DNA of 32,000 nucleotides from assembly GCF_003231495.1 (NCBI RefSeq), contig NZ_PQWO01000003.1, positions 90,001 to 122,000 on the forward strand, read 5' to 3'. The notes beneath the pieces are model-generated. The model was not told where the DNA came from and did not search any database. It was given only the letters and a program-made list of their open reading frames with translations. The position numbers and the translations under genes were made by a program. The stretch is from Acaryochloris thomasi RCC1774 (lineage in GTDB: Bacteria; Cyanobacteriota; Cyanobacteriia; Thermosynechococcales; Thermosynechococcaceae). Shown piece by piece: positions 1 through 7,492 of this stretch; position 1 is the first letter of the stretch; each line of letters starts with the position of its first letter.

Positions 1-2
1 AC

Positions 3-173
3 GCGGATCAAGAGCTTTGGCACCCTGGCATTACTCTTGAGGACAAGCTTCGTCACATTAGCTGGGGCAAAGATAGTCTTCACGACCTGCGTGACGTTGC
101 CCAGGATAGTACGAGAGGGAGGGGGATCGGGAGTCATTTAATCTGTCACAAGGTCAGCAAGAAGCATGCTTAA
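3..173 (+). CDS. possible 3' end of an unidentified CDS entering from the left edge
   Basis: Frame 3 is open from the window edge for 56 codons (ADQELWHPGITLEDKLRHISWGKDSLHDLRDVAQDS...KKHA) and ends at TAA 171-173. G+C here resembles the core genes rather than the AT-rich segment that follows. No family recognised. Confidence 0.25.
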   Translation, partial: ADQELWHPGITLEDKLRHISWGKDSLHDLRDVAQDSTRGRGIGSHLICHKVSKKHA

Positions 174-336
174 ACAGAGAGACGAAAACCTTGAGAATAA
201 AGTTCTAGTTCAAGGGTTATCGACCTTACGTACAACATACTGAATCTTGATCATACAAGCAGACGTTGTAACAGTGGTCCAAGAGGCCTCCATATGGTAA
301 TCACGGAATCTGGAACAGGAGGTCAGATACGATTGA

Positions 337-1602
337 CTATGCCTTATCATTTGCAAAATTTCTTGCACAGATCGGGTGAGAAGGTCCAGGTTTTTGGGCT
401 ACGGCTTCTGATATTTCAAGAGGTTGAGTTGTTAACGCAACATCACCGTCTGCAGTGATATGCCATCCGTGTGCCTCAACAATGCGAGTTTGTAACTTCG
501 CAACTGTTATTTTTGAAGACTGCCTATTTCTACGAGCATCCTCCTTAGCAGCACTTATATTTTTTGACTGTCTTAAGGCCCAATTTGCAACAACAGCATC
601 TTGGCTAAGATTTCCATTAGGATCAGGAGATAAACCACCACGACCAGAAACAAAAAATCGACTCAACCGCGACTCTTTTCCCGTTTTGTCAGTACAAACA
701 GCAGCAAAATCTTCCGAGAATATCTTGCTCCTAAATCTTCGTAAATTCATTGGATTCACTGCATTCTCTCGTGAATTTATTTGAATTATTTCATTCTCTC
801 GTGAATTTGCTTGATTTTTTTCATTCGGTTGAAGTCTTAGAGTCCGTTGATCTTGAACAATCAAATCGATACGACCAGTACTAATCATTACATTCCCTCC
901 CATTAGGAATAAAGACAGGTCTGGACTTACTCCCAAGCCTGTTCGATCTAACAGAGAATTCATTATTGAGGATTGGCTGCTAATCGAAGCTGGATTCTCA
1001 CCCAACTGCAGACCCACTGGCGTACTTATTGTCAGCAGAGAAGATGTTTGTGGCTCTACAGCACTAAACGATGAGCCATCAGAGAAATCAAGCGAAGCAG
1101 CATTACTAGCAATAAATGAGCCACCAATATCAAGAGAGGAATTTGGTCCAAATATAATCCCATTAGGATTCAAGAAGAAAAAATTAGCATTCCCATTAGC
1201 TTTAATTAAGCCATCGACATTAGAAATACTTCCACCCGTTACGCGACTAATAATATTTTCAACTGAAGCAGAATTATTAAACCGAGCTTCGCCTCCACTC
1301 GGTACAGAGAACCTTTCAAAACTGTGAAACAGATTTCTGCCACGTGTTGTCCCCTGATCGATTTGATACAGCAAACCATCCTGAGTTGAAACAGCAGAAT
1401 TAGCAGGTAAGGTTTGATCTCCAACAACCTGCCCCCTCAGAACCGCCTGGTTTGAGAAGAATATAAATACAGCCCAGAATATTAGTCGCTGGGGTCGAGG
1501 CCATCTTTTAAGCAGAAAAATAGCGCGTTGCCCCCATCGCTGCCGACTTACTATGCGTTCAGCCATATACGTTCCAATCACGAAAGCTAATCCCACAGAC
1601 AT
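337..1602 (-). CDS. two-partner-secretion (TPS) / haemagglutination-activity-domain protein, short cyanobacterial 'filamentous hemagglutinin N-terminal domain' type
   Basis: N-terminal hydrophobic segment (LIFWAVFIFFSNQAVL). The TPS-domain hallmarks follow: NLFHSFERFSV, ARFNN, VENIISRVTGGSISNVDGLIKANGNANFFFLNPNGIIFGPNSSLDIGGSFIASN. The C-terminal part has FFVSGRGGLSPDPNG and EAHGWHITADGDVAL, motifs I recognise from cyanobacterial members of this family. The exact start (M1 or M13) is uncertain. Confidence 0.85.
   Translation of the reverse strand: MSVGLAFVIGTYMAERIVSRQRWGQRAIFLLKRWPRPQRLIFWAVFIFFSNQAVLRGQVVGDQTLPANSAVSTQDGLLYQIDQGTTRGRNLFHSFERFSVPSGGEARFNNSASVENIISRVTGGSISNVDGLIKANGNANFFFLNPNGIIFGPNSSLDIGGSFIASNAASLDFSDGSSFSAVEPQTSSLLTISTPVGLQLGENPASISSQSSIMNSLLDRTGLGVSPDLSLFLMGGNVMISTGRIDLIVQDQRTLRLQPNEKNQANSRENEIIQINSRENAVNPMNLRRFRSKIFSEDFAAVCTDKTGKESRLSRFFVSGRGGLSPDPNGNLSQDAVVANWALRQSKNISAAKEDARRNRQSSKITVAKLQTRIVEAHGWHITADGDVALTTQPLEISEAVAQKPGPSHPICARNFANDKA
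762..821. repeat. 30-bp tandem repeat, 2 full copies plus a partial third, inside the TPS gene
   Basis: cattctctcgtgaatttatttgaattattt (762-791) is followed by cattctctcgtgaatttgcttgattttttt (792-821), then cattc... begins again. On the coding (-) strand this gives ...NSRENEIIQINSRENAV..., a 10-aa periodicity. Confidence 0.8.
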
Positions 1603-1761
1603 ATCTCTGGAGGCGGGTGCATTTATGCAAAACTTGGCAAACGCAAAATTAAAACAGGCTCAGCGTCATAGGCATTTTGTTAGAGGTACGACAATCACTT
1701 GATTGTTCCTCACGATGGCACAATAGTCCCTACCCTACTCAAACTCTTGAGGACGATAAAA

Positions 1762-1992
1762 ATGTGGAAAGTGATCATCCACTGCTCTGCCGACGGTTGG
1801 CGTAACTATGCCACTGCCTTTCGGGAGATTGCAGACAAATACCCTGCTGGCACACTCTTATCCTCACGCAAACTAAAAGGAGATGAGCGCCGAATCATGG
1901 AATATGAATTTGAAGATGCCAATGATGCAGAAGCTCTAATGCAAGAATGTATGACCCTCGAAGGCTTTGTGGCCGCCTTTGAGTCAACATAA
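1762..1992 (+). CDS. small hypothetical protein (76 aa)
   Basis: ORF-track ORF 1699-1992 begins with TTG. The internal ATG at 1762 is preceded by GAGGA (1749-1753), a good Shine-Dalgarno spacing. Product is MWKVIIHCSADGWRNYATAFREIADKYPAG...; no family recognised. Confidence 0.5.
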   Translation: MWKVIIHCSADGWRNYATAFREIADKYPAGTLLSSRKLKGDERRIMEYEFEDANDAEALMQECMTLEGFVAAFEST

Positions 1993-2134
1993 AGCTCAGT
2001 CAACGAAGTATGCCAGTCCAGTCTCTACTTTCTTCAAATTAATTTCATTGTTGAGAAAGATCTGAAGAAATTGAGTTCGCACCAAATCTTGCGCTACGAT
2101 CCAAAGCTGTTCGTTTAATCGCAAGGGGGTGTCT

Positions 2135-3415
2135 ATGGGCACGCAGCACAGTCTCGAAACAAAATGTCTACACGCCGGTCAAGTCCCTGACCCCACGACT
2201 CTATCGCGGGCCGTCCCGATCCATCGCACTAGTTCGTACACCTTCCGCGATACCGAACATGCAGCGAATCTATTCGCCCTCAAAGAACTCGGGAATATCT
2301 ATACTCGCCTCGGCAACCCCACCCAAGATGTTCTCGAACAGCGCGTGGCTGCAATGGAAGGCGGAGCCGCCGCTCTAGCCGTGGCTTCCGGCACCAGCGG
2401 TATTTTCTACAGCATTATCAACATTTGTCAGACCGGTGATGAGATTGTCTCAGCCAATAATCTCTACGGCGGTAGCTACACGATGTTTAACGACATCCTG
2501 CCGCAATTCGGAATCAAGACACACTTTGTAGACCCCAGCGACCCAGCCAATTTTGGTAAGGCTATTACAGACAAAACCAAGCTAGTGTTCTGCGAGACAG
2601 TGGGTAACCCTGCGCTTGAAGTATCAGACCTTAAAGCTATTTCTGCCATTGCCCATGAAAATGGCCTACCGCTGATTGTGGATAGCACCTTCACAACCCC
2701 CTATCTTTTGCGCCCCATTGAGCACGGCGCTGATATCGTCGTTCACTCACTCACAAAGTGGCTGGGCGGTCACGGGACCGGCATCGGCGGTATTGTTGTT
2801 GACGCCGGTAAGTTTGACTGGACTTCAGGCAAATTCCCGCTCATGAGTGAGCCAGACCCCAGCTACCATGGTCTCCGCTATGCCCATGACTTAGGGGATT
2901 TATCTGCGATCGCATATATCCTACGCATGAGAGTGGTCCCCTTGAGAAACCTGGGTGCCTGCATCGCCCCGGACAACGCTTGGTTGTTCCTTCAGGGCAT
3001 CGAGACCCTCCATCTGCGTATGCAGCGCCACTCTGAGAATGCATTAGAAGTCGCAAAGTTCCTTTCGAAGCACAAAGCTGTAGACTGGGTTCGCTATCCC
3101 GGCCTGGAATCCGATCCGGGTCACGCGACGGCTAAGAAATATCTCAAAAATGGCTTTGGAGCGATGGTAATTTTCGGTATTTCTGGCGGACAGGCAGCGG
3201 GACAAAAGTTCATCGAAAAATTGAACTTGTTCTCTCACCTGGCAAACGTCGGCGATGCAAAAAGTCTAGCCATTCATCCCGCTACCACCACTCATTCACA
3301 GCTTACAGAAGAGCAGCAGCGTTCTGGCGGTATTTCCCCTGAACTAGTGCGGCTTTCGATTGGGATTGAGAACGTGAGCGATATAATCAGCGACCTCAAA
3401 CAGGCGCTGTCCTAG
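2135..3415 (+). CDS. metY: O-acetylhomoserine sulfhydrylase (O-acetylhomoserine aminocarboxypropyltransferase), PLP-dependent Cys/Met-metabolism family
   Basis: Full-length family resemblance: NPT motif (YTRLGNPTQDVLE), the PLP-lysine context VVHSLTKWLGGHG, and the C-terminal LVRLSIGIE. Start moved to ATG 2135, with AAGGGGG 5 nt upstream; the track start 2129 is GTG. Confidence 0.93.
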   Translation: MGTQHSLETKCLHAGQVPDPTTLSRAVPIHRTSSYTFRDTEHAANLFALKELGNIYTRLGNPTQDVLEQRVAAMEGGAAALAVASGTSGIFYSIINICQTGDEIVSANNLYGGSYTMFNDILPQFGIKTHFVDPSDPANFGKAITDKTKLVFCETVGNPALEVSDLKAISAIAHENGLPLIVDSTFTTPYLLRPIEHGADIVVHSLTKWLGGHGTGIGGIVVDAGKFDWTSGKFPLMSEPDPSYHGLRYAHDLGDLSAIAYILRMRVVPLRNLGACIAPDNAWLFLQGIETLHLRMQRHSENALEVAKFLSKHKAVDWVRYPGLESDPGHATAKKYLKNGFGAMVIFGISGGQAAGQKFIEKLNLFSHLANVGDAKSLAIHPATTTHSQLTEEQQRSGGISPELVRLSIGIENVSDIISDLKQALS

Positions 3416-4543
3416 ATGAGCGTAGGGCCTGTCTCAACTCAGTTTTATACCTTTGAGCGGCCCTTTGAGCTGGAGTCGGGGGATCGGCTTGATGGGGTTG
3501 CGATCGCATATGAAACCTACGGCACCCTCAATCCAGAGGCCAATAATGCAATCTTAGTCTTTCATGCCTTAACGGGCAGCCAACATGCCGCTGGCGTCAA
3601 CCCTCACGTCCCTGGCGTAGAACCCCTGTGGACTTCAGACTGCGAGCAGGGCTGGTGGGACGCCTTCATCGGCCCTGGTAAAGCCCTAGATACCGATCGG
3701 TATTTCGTCATCTGCGCCAACTATCTGGGGAGCTGCTACGGCTCCACCGGCCCCCACTCCATTAATCCGAAAACAGGAACCTCCTACGGCAGCTCTTTCC
3801 CCCCGGTCACCGCCTGGGACGTGGTTCAGAGTCAAATAATCTTACTAGATGCCTTAGGAATTGACTGCCTTCATGCGGTCGTAGGCGGATCTTTAGGCGG
3901 CATGTTGGCGCTACTGCTTGCCACCCGCGCCCCTCAGCGGGTCAACAACGTAATCTCAATGGCAACAGGAATGCAGACCACCGTGCTGCATCGCATCCTG
4001 AATTTTGAGCAAGCCGTCGCGATTCGCAACGACTCTGACTTTAAGCAGGGGGACTACTACGACATCCACAGACCTAAGGTTGGCCTAGCCCTAGCGCGGA
4101 TGATTTCGCACAAAACCTTTGTGTCTCTCGAGGTACTAGAGAACAGAGCAACCCGAGAGATCATGCCTCAAGATCTAAGGTCAAAGAACTATCCGCTATC
4201 CCATCCCATCGAATCCTACATGCTGCATCAGGGACAAAAATTTGCCGATCGCTTTGATGCCAACAGCTATCTGTGCGTCATGGATATGTGGCAGCATTTT
4301 GACCTCGGCGATCTCGGCCCGGAGCTATTTTCAGGGTGCAACCATCAGACCTATCTCGTTTTCAGCGTCGATTCAGACGTCTGCTTTTATCCCGAGGAGC
4401 AGCTTGCGATCGTTCAAGCTCTCAAAAACAGCAGCATCGCTGTCAAGTACATCACTGTTCATTCAGACAAAGGACATGACTCATTTTTGCTAGAACCTGA
4501 GCTATTCACGCCATATATCCAGTTTGTACTCAACGGCAATTGA
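3416..4543 (+). CDS. metX: homoserine O-acetyltransferase (alpha/beta hydrolase)
   Basis: Typical MetX N-terminus (FELESGDRLDGVAIAYETYGTLN, ANNAILVFHALTGSQH) and nucleophile elbow VVGGSLGGM, with a C-terminal HSDKGHDSFLLE. The ATG directly abuts the metY stop (TAGATG), which implies an operon. Confidence 0.93.
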   Translation: MSVGPVSTQFYTFERPFELESGDRLDGVAIAYETYGTLNPEANNAILVFHALTGSQHAAGVNPHVPGVEPLWTSDCEQGWWDAFIGPGKALDTDRYFVICANYLGSCYGSTGPHSINPKTGTSYGSSFPPVTAWDVVQSQIILLDALGIDCLHAVVGGSLGGMLALLLATRAPQRVNNVISMATGMQTTVLHRILNFEQAVAIRNDSDFKQGDYYDIHRPKVGLALARMISHKTFVSLEVLENRATREIMPQDLRSKNYPLSHPIESYMLHQGQKFADRFDANSYLCVMDMWQHFDLGDLGPELFSGCNHQTYLVFSVDSDVCFYPEEQLAIVQALKNSSIAVKYITVHSDKGHDSFLLEPELFTPYIQFVLNGN

Positions 4544-4663
4544 TTTTCCGTTTCGTCACTGGAAACCCTCTTCACGATTCCTTCCCAGTTGCTTGATAGT
4601 TTTTAAAAACGGTTAGTGTTTCCCAAAGCGTTACCGTATTTCACCTTGACTGAACCAAAATTC

Positions 4664-4689
4664 TCAGCAACTCGCTGGGAATTTTTTTT
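4664..4689 (+). terminator. candidate intrinsic terminator after metY-metX (weak stem, T8 tract)
   Basis: A short hairpin, tcagc-aactc-gctgg (4664-4678), is followed by ttttttttt-like T8 (4682-4689). A longer-range pairing, tcccagttgc (4583-4592) with gcaa/ctggga (4667-4680), could close a ~100-nt structure instead. The stem is weak, so confidence is low. Confidence 0.3.
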
Positions 4690-4832
4690 GTCAGGTTCAT
4701 TTTTAAGTACAGCTCAAAGCATCGCCTCAGTCATGTGAACGTCTTCGGGCTTCTTGAGCTTTCCTCAGGTAATCGCGGCAGAGTAGACTACTTAGATAAC
4801 AAATTGCTAAGCTACATTGCTTTTAGATTCCC

Positions 4833-5672
4833 ATGAACTTAATAAAATTCGTTTCTCTTTTTTTGGCTAGCGCAACTGTTTTCCTAGGCACAGCCATAGC
4901 TGAAGCAGCCAACCCAGAACATCTTCAGCAGCTTTTACAGACCAATGAGTGTATTAACTGCGACCTAACCGATGCAGACCTAAGGGGCAAAAATCTTAGG
5001 GGGGCAAAACTCATGGGTACCTCTCTAACACGGGCTAACTTATCAGGGGCTAATTTGGATGATGCCAACCTAGGCGACACAAACCTACTGCAGGCAAACC
5101 TTGAAAGTGCCACCCTGCGCAGAGCCAATTTGAGTACATCTATCAAGCGGCAGGCCGATCTACGCCAAGTGAACCTCAAAAGCGCAGTTCTCAGCTATGC
5201 CCAGCTCAATGGCGTCAATTTAGAAGGGGCCAATCTAGAAGGGGCCAATCTAGAAGGAGCTAACCTATACGCAGCCATTATCAGGACGACGGCAAAAGAG
5301 CGGCATATCGTTCCCACAACGTTGCGGCAGGTCAATCTGCGCAATAGTACACTTCGGAGAACCAAGCTTGATCAGGCAATCGTTGAAGATACAGACCTGA
5401 CCGGCGCAAACCTACAGGGTGCGAGCCTCAGACAAAGCCGAATTGCACGCTCTAACTTAAGCAAAGCTGACTTCAAAGGAGCAGATCTACGGCGAGCATC
5501 TTTTACTGAAACCAATTTAACAGGGGCAAATCTAAGTGCAGCTTTTCTCGCGAAAAGTAACATGCAGAATGTCGATCTCCGCGAAGCCGACCTTCGTAAC
5601 ATTGACCTGCGTGGGGCCAAGCTCTGCAGCGTCATGCTACCCACAGGAAATCGCTCTGATAAAGGCTGTTAG
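4833..5672 (+). CDS. secreted pentapeptide-repeat protein
   Basis: Signal peptide MNLIKFVSLFLASATVFLGTAIAEA, an N-cap motif PEHLQQLLQTNECINCDL, then about 45 A(D/N)LXX pentapeptides (ANLSGANLDDANLGDTNLLQANL...). Confidence 0.9.
   Translation: MNLIKFVSLFLASATVFLGTAIAEAANPEHLQQLLQTNECINCDLTDADLRGKNLRGAKLMGTSLTRANLSGANLDDANLGDTNLLQANLESATLRRANLSTSIKRQADLRQVNLKSAVLSYAQLNGVNLEGANLEGANLEGANLYAAIIRTTAKERHIVPTTLRQVNLRNSTLRRTKLDQAIVEDTDLTGANLQGASLRQSRIARSNLSKADFKGADLRRASFTETNLTGANLSAAFLAKSNMQNVDLREADLRNIDLRGAKLCSVMLPTGNRSDKGC
5214..5258 (+). repeat. 15-bp tandem repeat x3 inside pentapeptide gene
   Basis: gtcaatttagaaggg / gccaatctagaaggg / gccaatctagaagga encode (V)NLEG-ANLEG-ANLEG. Copies 2 and 3 differ at one base. 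Confidence 0.85.
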
Positions 5673-5680
5673 CAATAACG

Positions 5681-6301
5681 CTAGTTTTGCACCGAATCAC
5701 TAGGCATGATTGCCCCAGACAAGTTAGCGCCCGTTAAATCCGCACCCTTTAAATCTGCACCCGTCAGGTTCGCTCGCTCAAGATCGGCTCCTGACAAATC
5801 ACTACCCCTGAGGTTAGCGCCCGTTAAGTTAGCTGCAAATAAATCAGCCTTCTGCAGTTTGGCACCGGATAAATCAGCCTCGCTGAAGTTGGTCCCTCTC
5901 AGTTTTGCTTCGGTTAGCGTGGCATCTCGGAAGTCAGCTTTGGGGGCGCGGGTACTGCGTAAATCAGCCCCCGTCAAATTAGCGTCCCGTAAATCAGCCT
6001 GACTCAGATCAGCGACATTGAGCCGAGTGGTTTGTAGATTACCCGACCGCAGCTTTGCTCGAATCAGTTTTGTATCTGTCAAATTCGCTGCACTCAAATT
6101 GGTCCGCTTGAGATTGGCTTGGATGAGATTGGCGCCTTTCAGATTTACGCTGCTGAGGTCAACACCGCTGAAGTTAGCTCCTGCTAAATCACAGCGAATA
6201 CAGATTCTCGTATCGAGCAAAGTTTGGATGTGCTCAGGCAGCCTAGCCTCAGCCACACTGGCAGCCAACAATACAGCAGCCAAAGAGATTTGAAGCTTCA
6301 T
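5681..6301 (-). CDS. secreted pentapeptide-repeat protein (paralog of 4833-5672)
   Basis: Signal peptide MKLQISLAAVLLAASVAEA. It has the same N-cap motif as its neighbour (PEHIQTLLDTRICIRCDL), followed by continuous A(D/N)LXX repeats. Confidence 0.9.
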   Translation of the reverse strand: MKLQISLAAVLLAASVAEARLPEHIQTLLDTRICIRCDLAGANFSGVDLSSVNLKGANLIQANLKRTNLSAANLTDTKLIRAKLRSGNLQTTRLNVADLSQADLRDANLTGADLRSTRAPKADFRDATLTEAKLRGTNFSEADLSGAKLQKADLFAANLTGANLRGSDLSGADLERANLTGADLKGADLTGANLSGAIMPSDSVQN

Positions 6302-6315
6302 AGCGAATACCTGCC

Positions 6316-6834
6316 TTAGAGACTACGGGGCTTATCTTCTGCAATGCCTTTACCAGGACCAAGATCTAAGCGCTTACGTCCGGGAGAGATTTGCAGCCAA
6401 TACCCATAGCGATCGCGCACCACCCCAAAGGAGTAAATAAGACAGTTCTTAGTGGGACAATCCACACGAAAAACACCCTTCTTACCCGTTTTGACAGTTT
6501 TGTAGCCCTCTTTATCCGTTAGCAGTGGCAGAAGCTGCTGATCAAGCTGAGAAAAAACATTCCAGGCTTCTTCAGGCCGCTCCAAGGATAGGCGAGCCTG
6601 ACGCATTTCTGACTGAGCCTGCGTTAGCTCTGCCTGTATCGCCTCTTGCACCTGTATACAGTCATTTTTAGGAGAGCACGGAATGTAGTGAATCGCGTTG
6701 TCTTCTAATGGAGCATCCCCACTATCTGCAAAAGTGACGTACTGGAAACCAACAATCTTGCCCGCCGCTTCCGCCGATCCCATCCAGCCCAATGTACCGA
6801 GCAGCAGCGTTATTAAACCCTGTTTAATCTTCAT
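6316..6834 (-). CDS. hypothetical secreted protein with two Cys pairs
   Basis: Signal peptide MKIKQGLITLLLGTLGWMGSAEA. Cys pairs are CSPKNDC and CPTKNC, with a central helical segment. The stop lies 14 nt upstream of the pentapeptide gene start (6301), which suggests a two-gene operon. No family recognised. Confidence 0.7.
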   Translation of the reverse strand: MKIKQGLITLLLGTLGWMGSAEAAGKIVGFQYVTFADSGDAPLEDNAIHYIPCSPKNDCIQVQEAIQAELTQAQSEMRQARLSLERPEEAWNVFSQLDQQLLPLLTDKEGYKTVKTGKKGVFRVDCPTKNCLIYSFGVVRDRYGYWLQISPGRKRLDLGPGKGIAEDKPRSL

Positions 6835-7234
6835 CGATTTTTCCTTGGCCGGTGTGATTAATTTTTTTTACGGTTGCTGTATATTATTTGAGCCTTTTTG
6901 GGACACTTACGCAAGCAGGGGCAACCTAGCCCAAAGCCCTGAATCATCGTGTGATCCCCGACGGTACAGAGTTCTGACAGCCATGTAAAACGTATTTGTA
7001 CTTACCAAGCCGATGGAGCTATCCCCCCTTTGGCTTAGGGCTCTCCGGCTCATCTATCGCCCTTCTCTAAAATCGGAATCAAAGCTTCTTAAGGCTTTTG
7101 TAACTTTTGTGTCATCTTCCGAAGTAAGCCTCTGTTATTTATTTGGAACGTGTACTCTAAAAACATAAAGAAAATCTTAAGCAACAAAACCACTCCTGAA
7201 TTTAGTACAGAACATTCCCTAGGCGGTGAGAGCT

Positions 7235-7450
7235 ATGACACCCGATGCAATTCATGAACTTTGGTCCTTAGTTGAGTCAACTCAGACGAACGTTCTGCTG
7301 AACTTGGATGATACGACCCTTGTGCAGTGGTTAATTAAGCGCCTAAAGCAAAAGGGTATTCAGGATACGGCAGCCTGCAGTACTTATATCAGTAGCCGTT
7401 TGCCCCTTATTCGCGATCTGGCCAGCGATCGCAACTTGATCTATCAATAA
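7235..7450 (+). CDS. small hypothetical protein (71 aa) upstream of thyX
   Basis: The track ORF starts at GTG 7226; the first ATG is at 7235. Product is MTPDAIHELWSLVESTQTNVLLNLDDTTLVQWLIKRLKQKGIQD... No family recognised, and coding status is unproven. Confidence 0.45.
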   Translation: MTPDAIHELWSLVESTQTNVLLNLDDTTLVQWLIKRLKQKGIQDTAACSTYISSRLPLIRDLASDRNLIYQ

Positions 7451-7492
7451 TTGAGTTGAAGATGGTCTAATAGAGGCTGGCCAGAGTTCTAC

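Noticed and set aside
1993-2134. Possibility of a SAM riboswitch (for example SAM-II, which has an AAAGCU element) upstream of metY, because CAAAGCUG occurs at about 2102-2109.
   Set aside because: I cannot reconstruct the required pseudoknot partner or the rest of any SAM-class consensus from the sequence. It is kept only as a low-interest hairpin observation.
4925-6293. Four long antisense ORFs (4925-5179, 5372-5644, 5706-6002, 6018-6293) with their own periodic sequence (e.g. KSAPVKLAPxK...).
   Set aside because: They are mirror images of the pentapeptide repeats. The reverse complement of A(D/N)LXX codon strings rarely produces stop codons, and it yields a periodic but low-complexity pseudo-protein. 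The sense strands have signal peptides and canonical repeat consensus.
6698-6988. 96-aa plus-strand ORF spanning the 5' end of the 6316-6834 gene and the upstream intergenic region.
   Set aside because: Its first half is antisense to a gene with a good signal peptide, and the remainder is low-complexity. It has no ribosome-binding site and no family resemblance.
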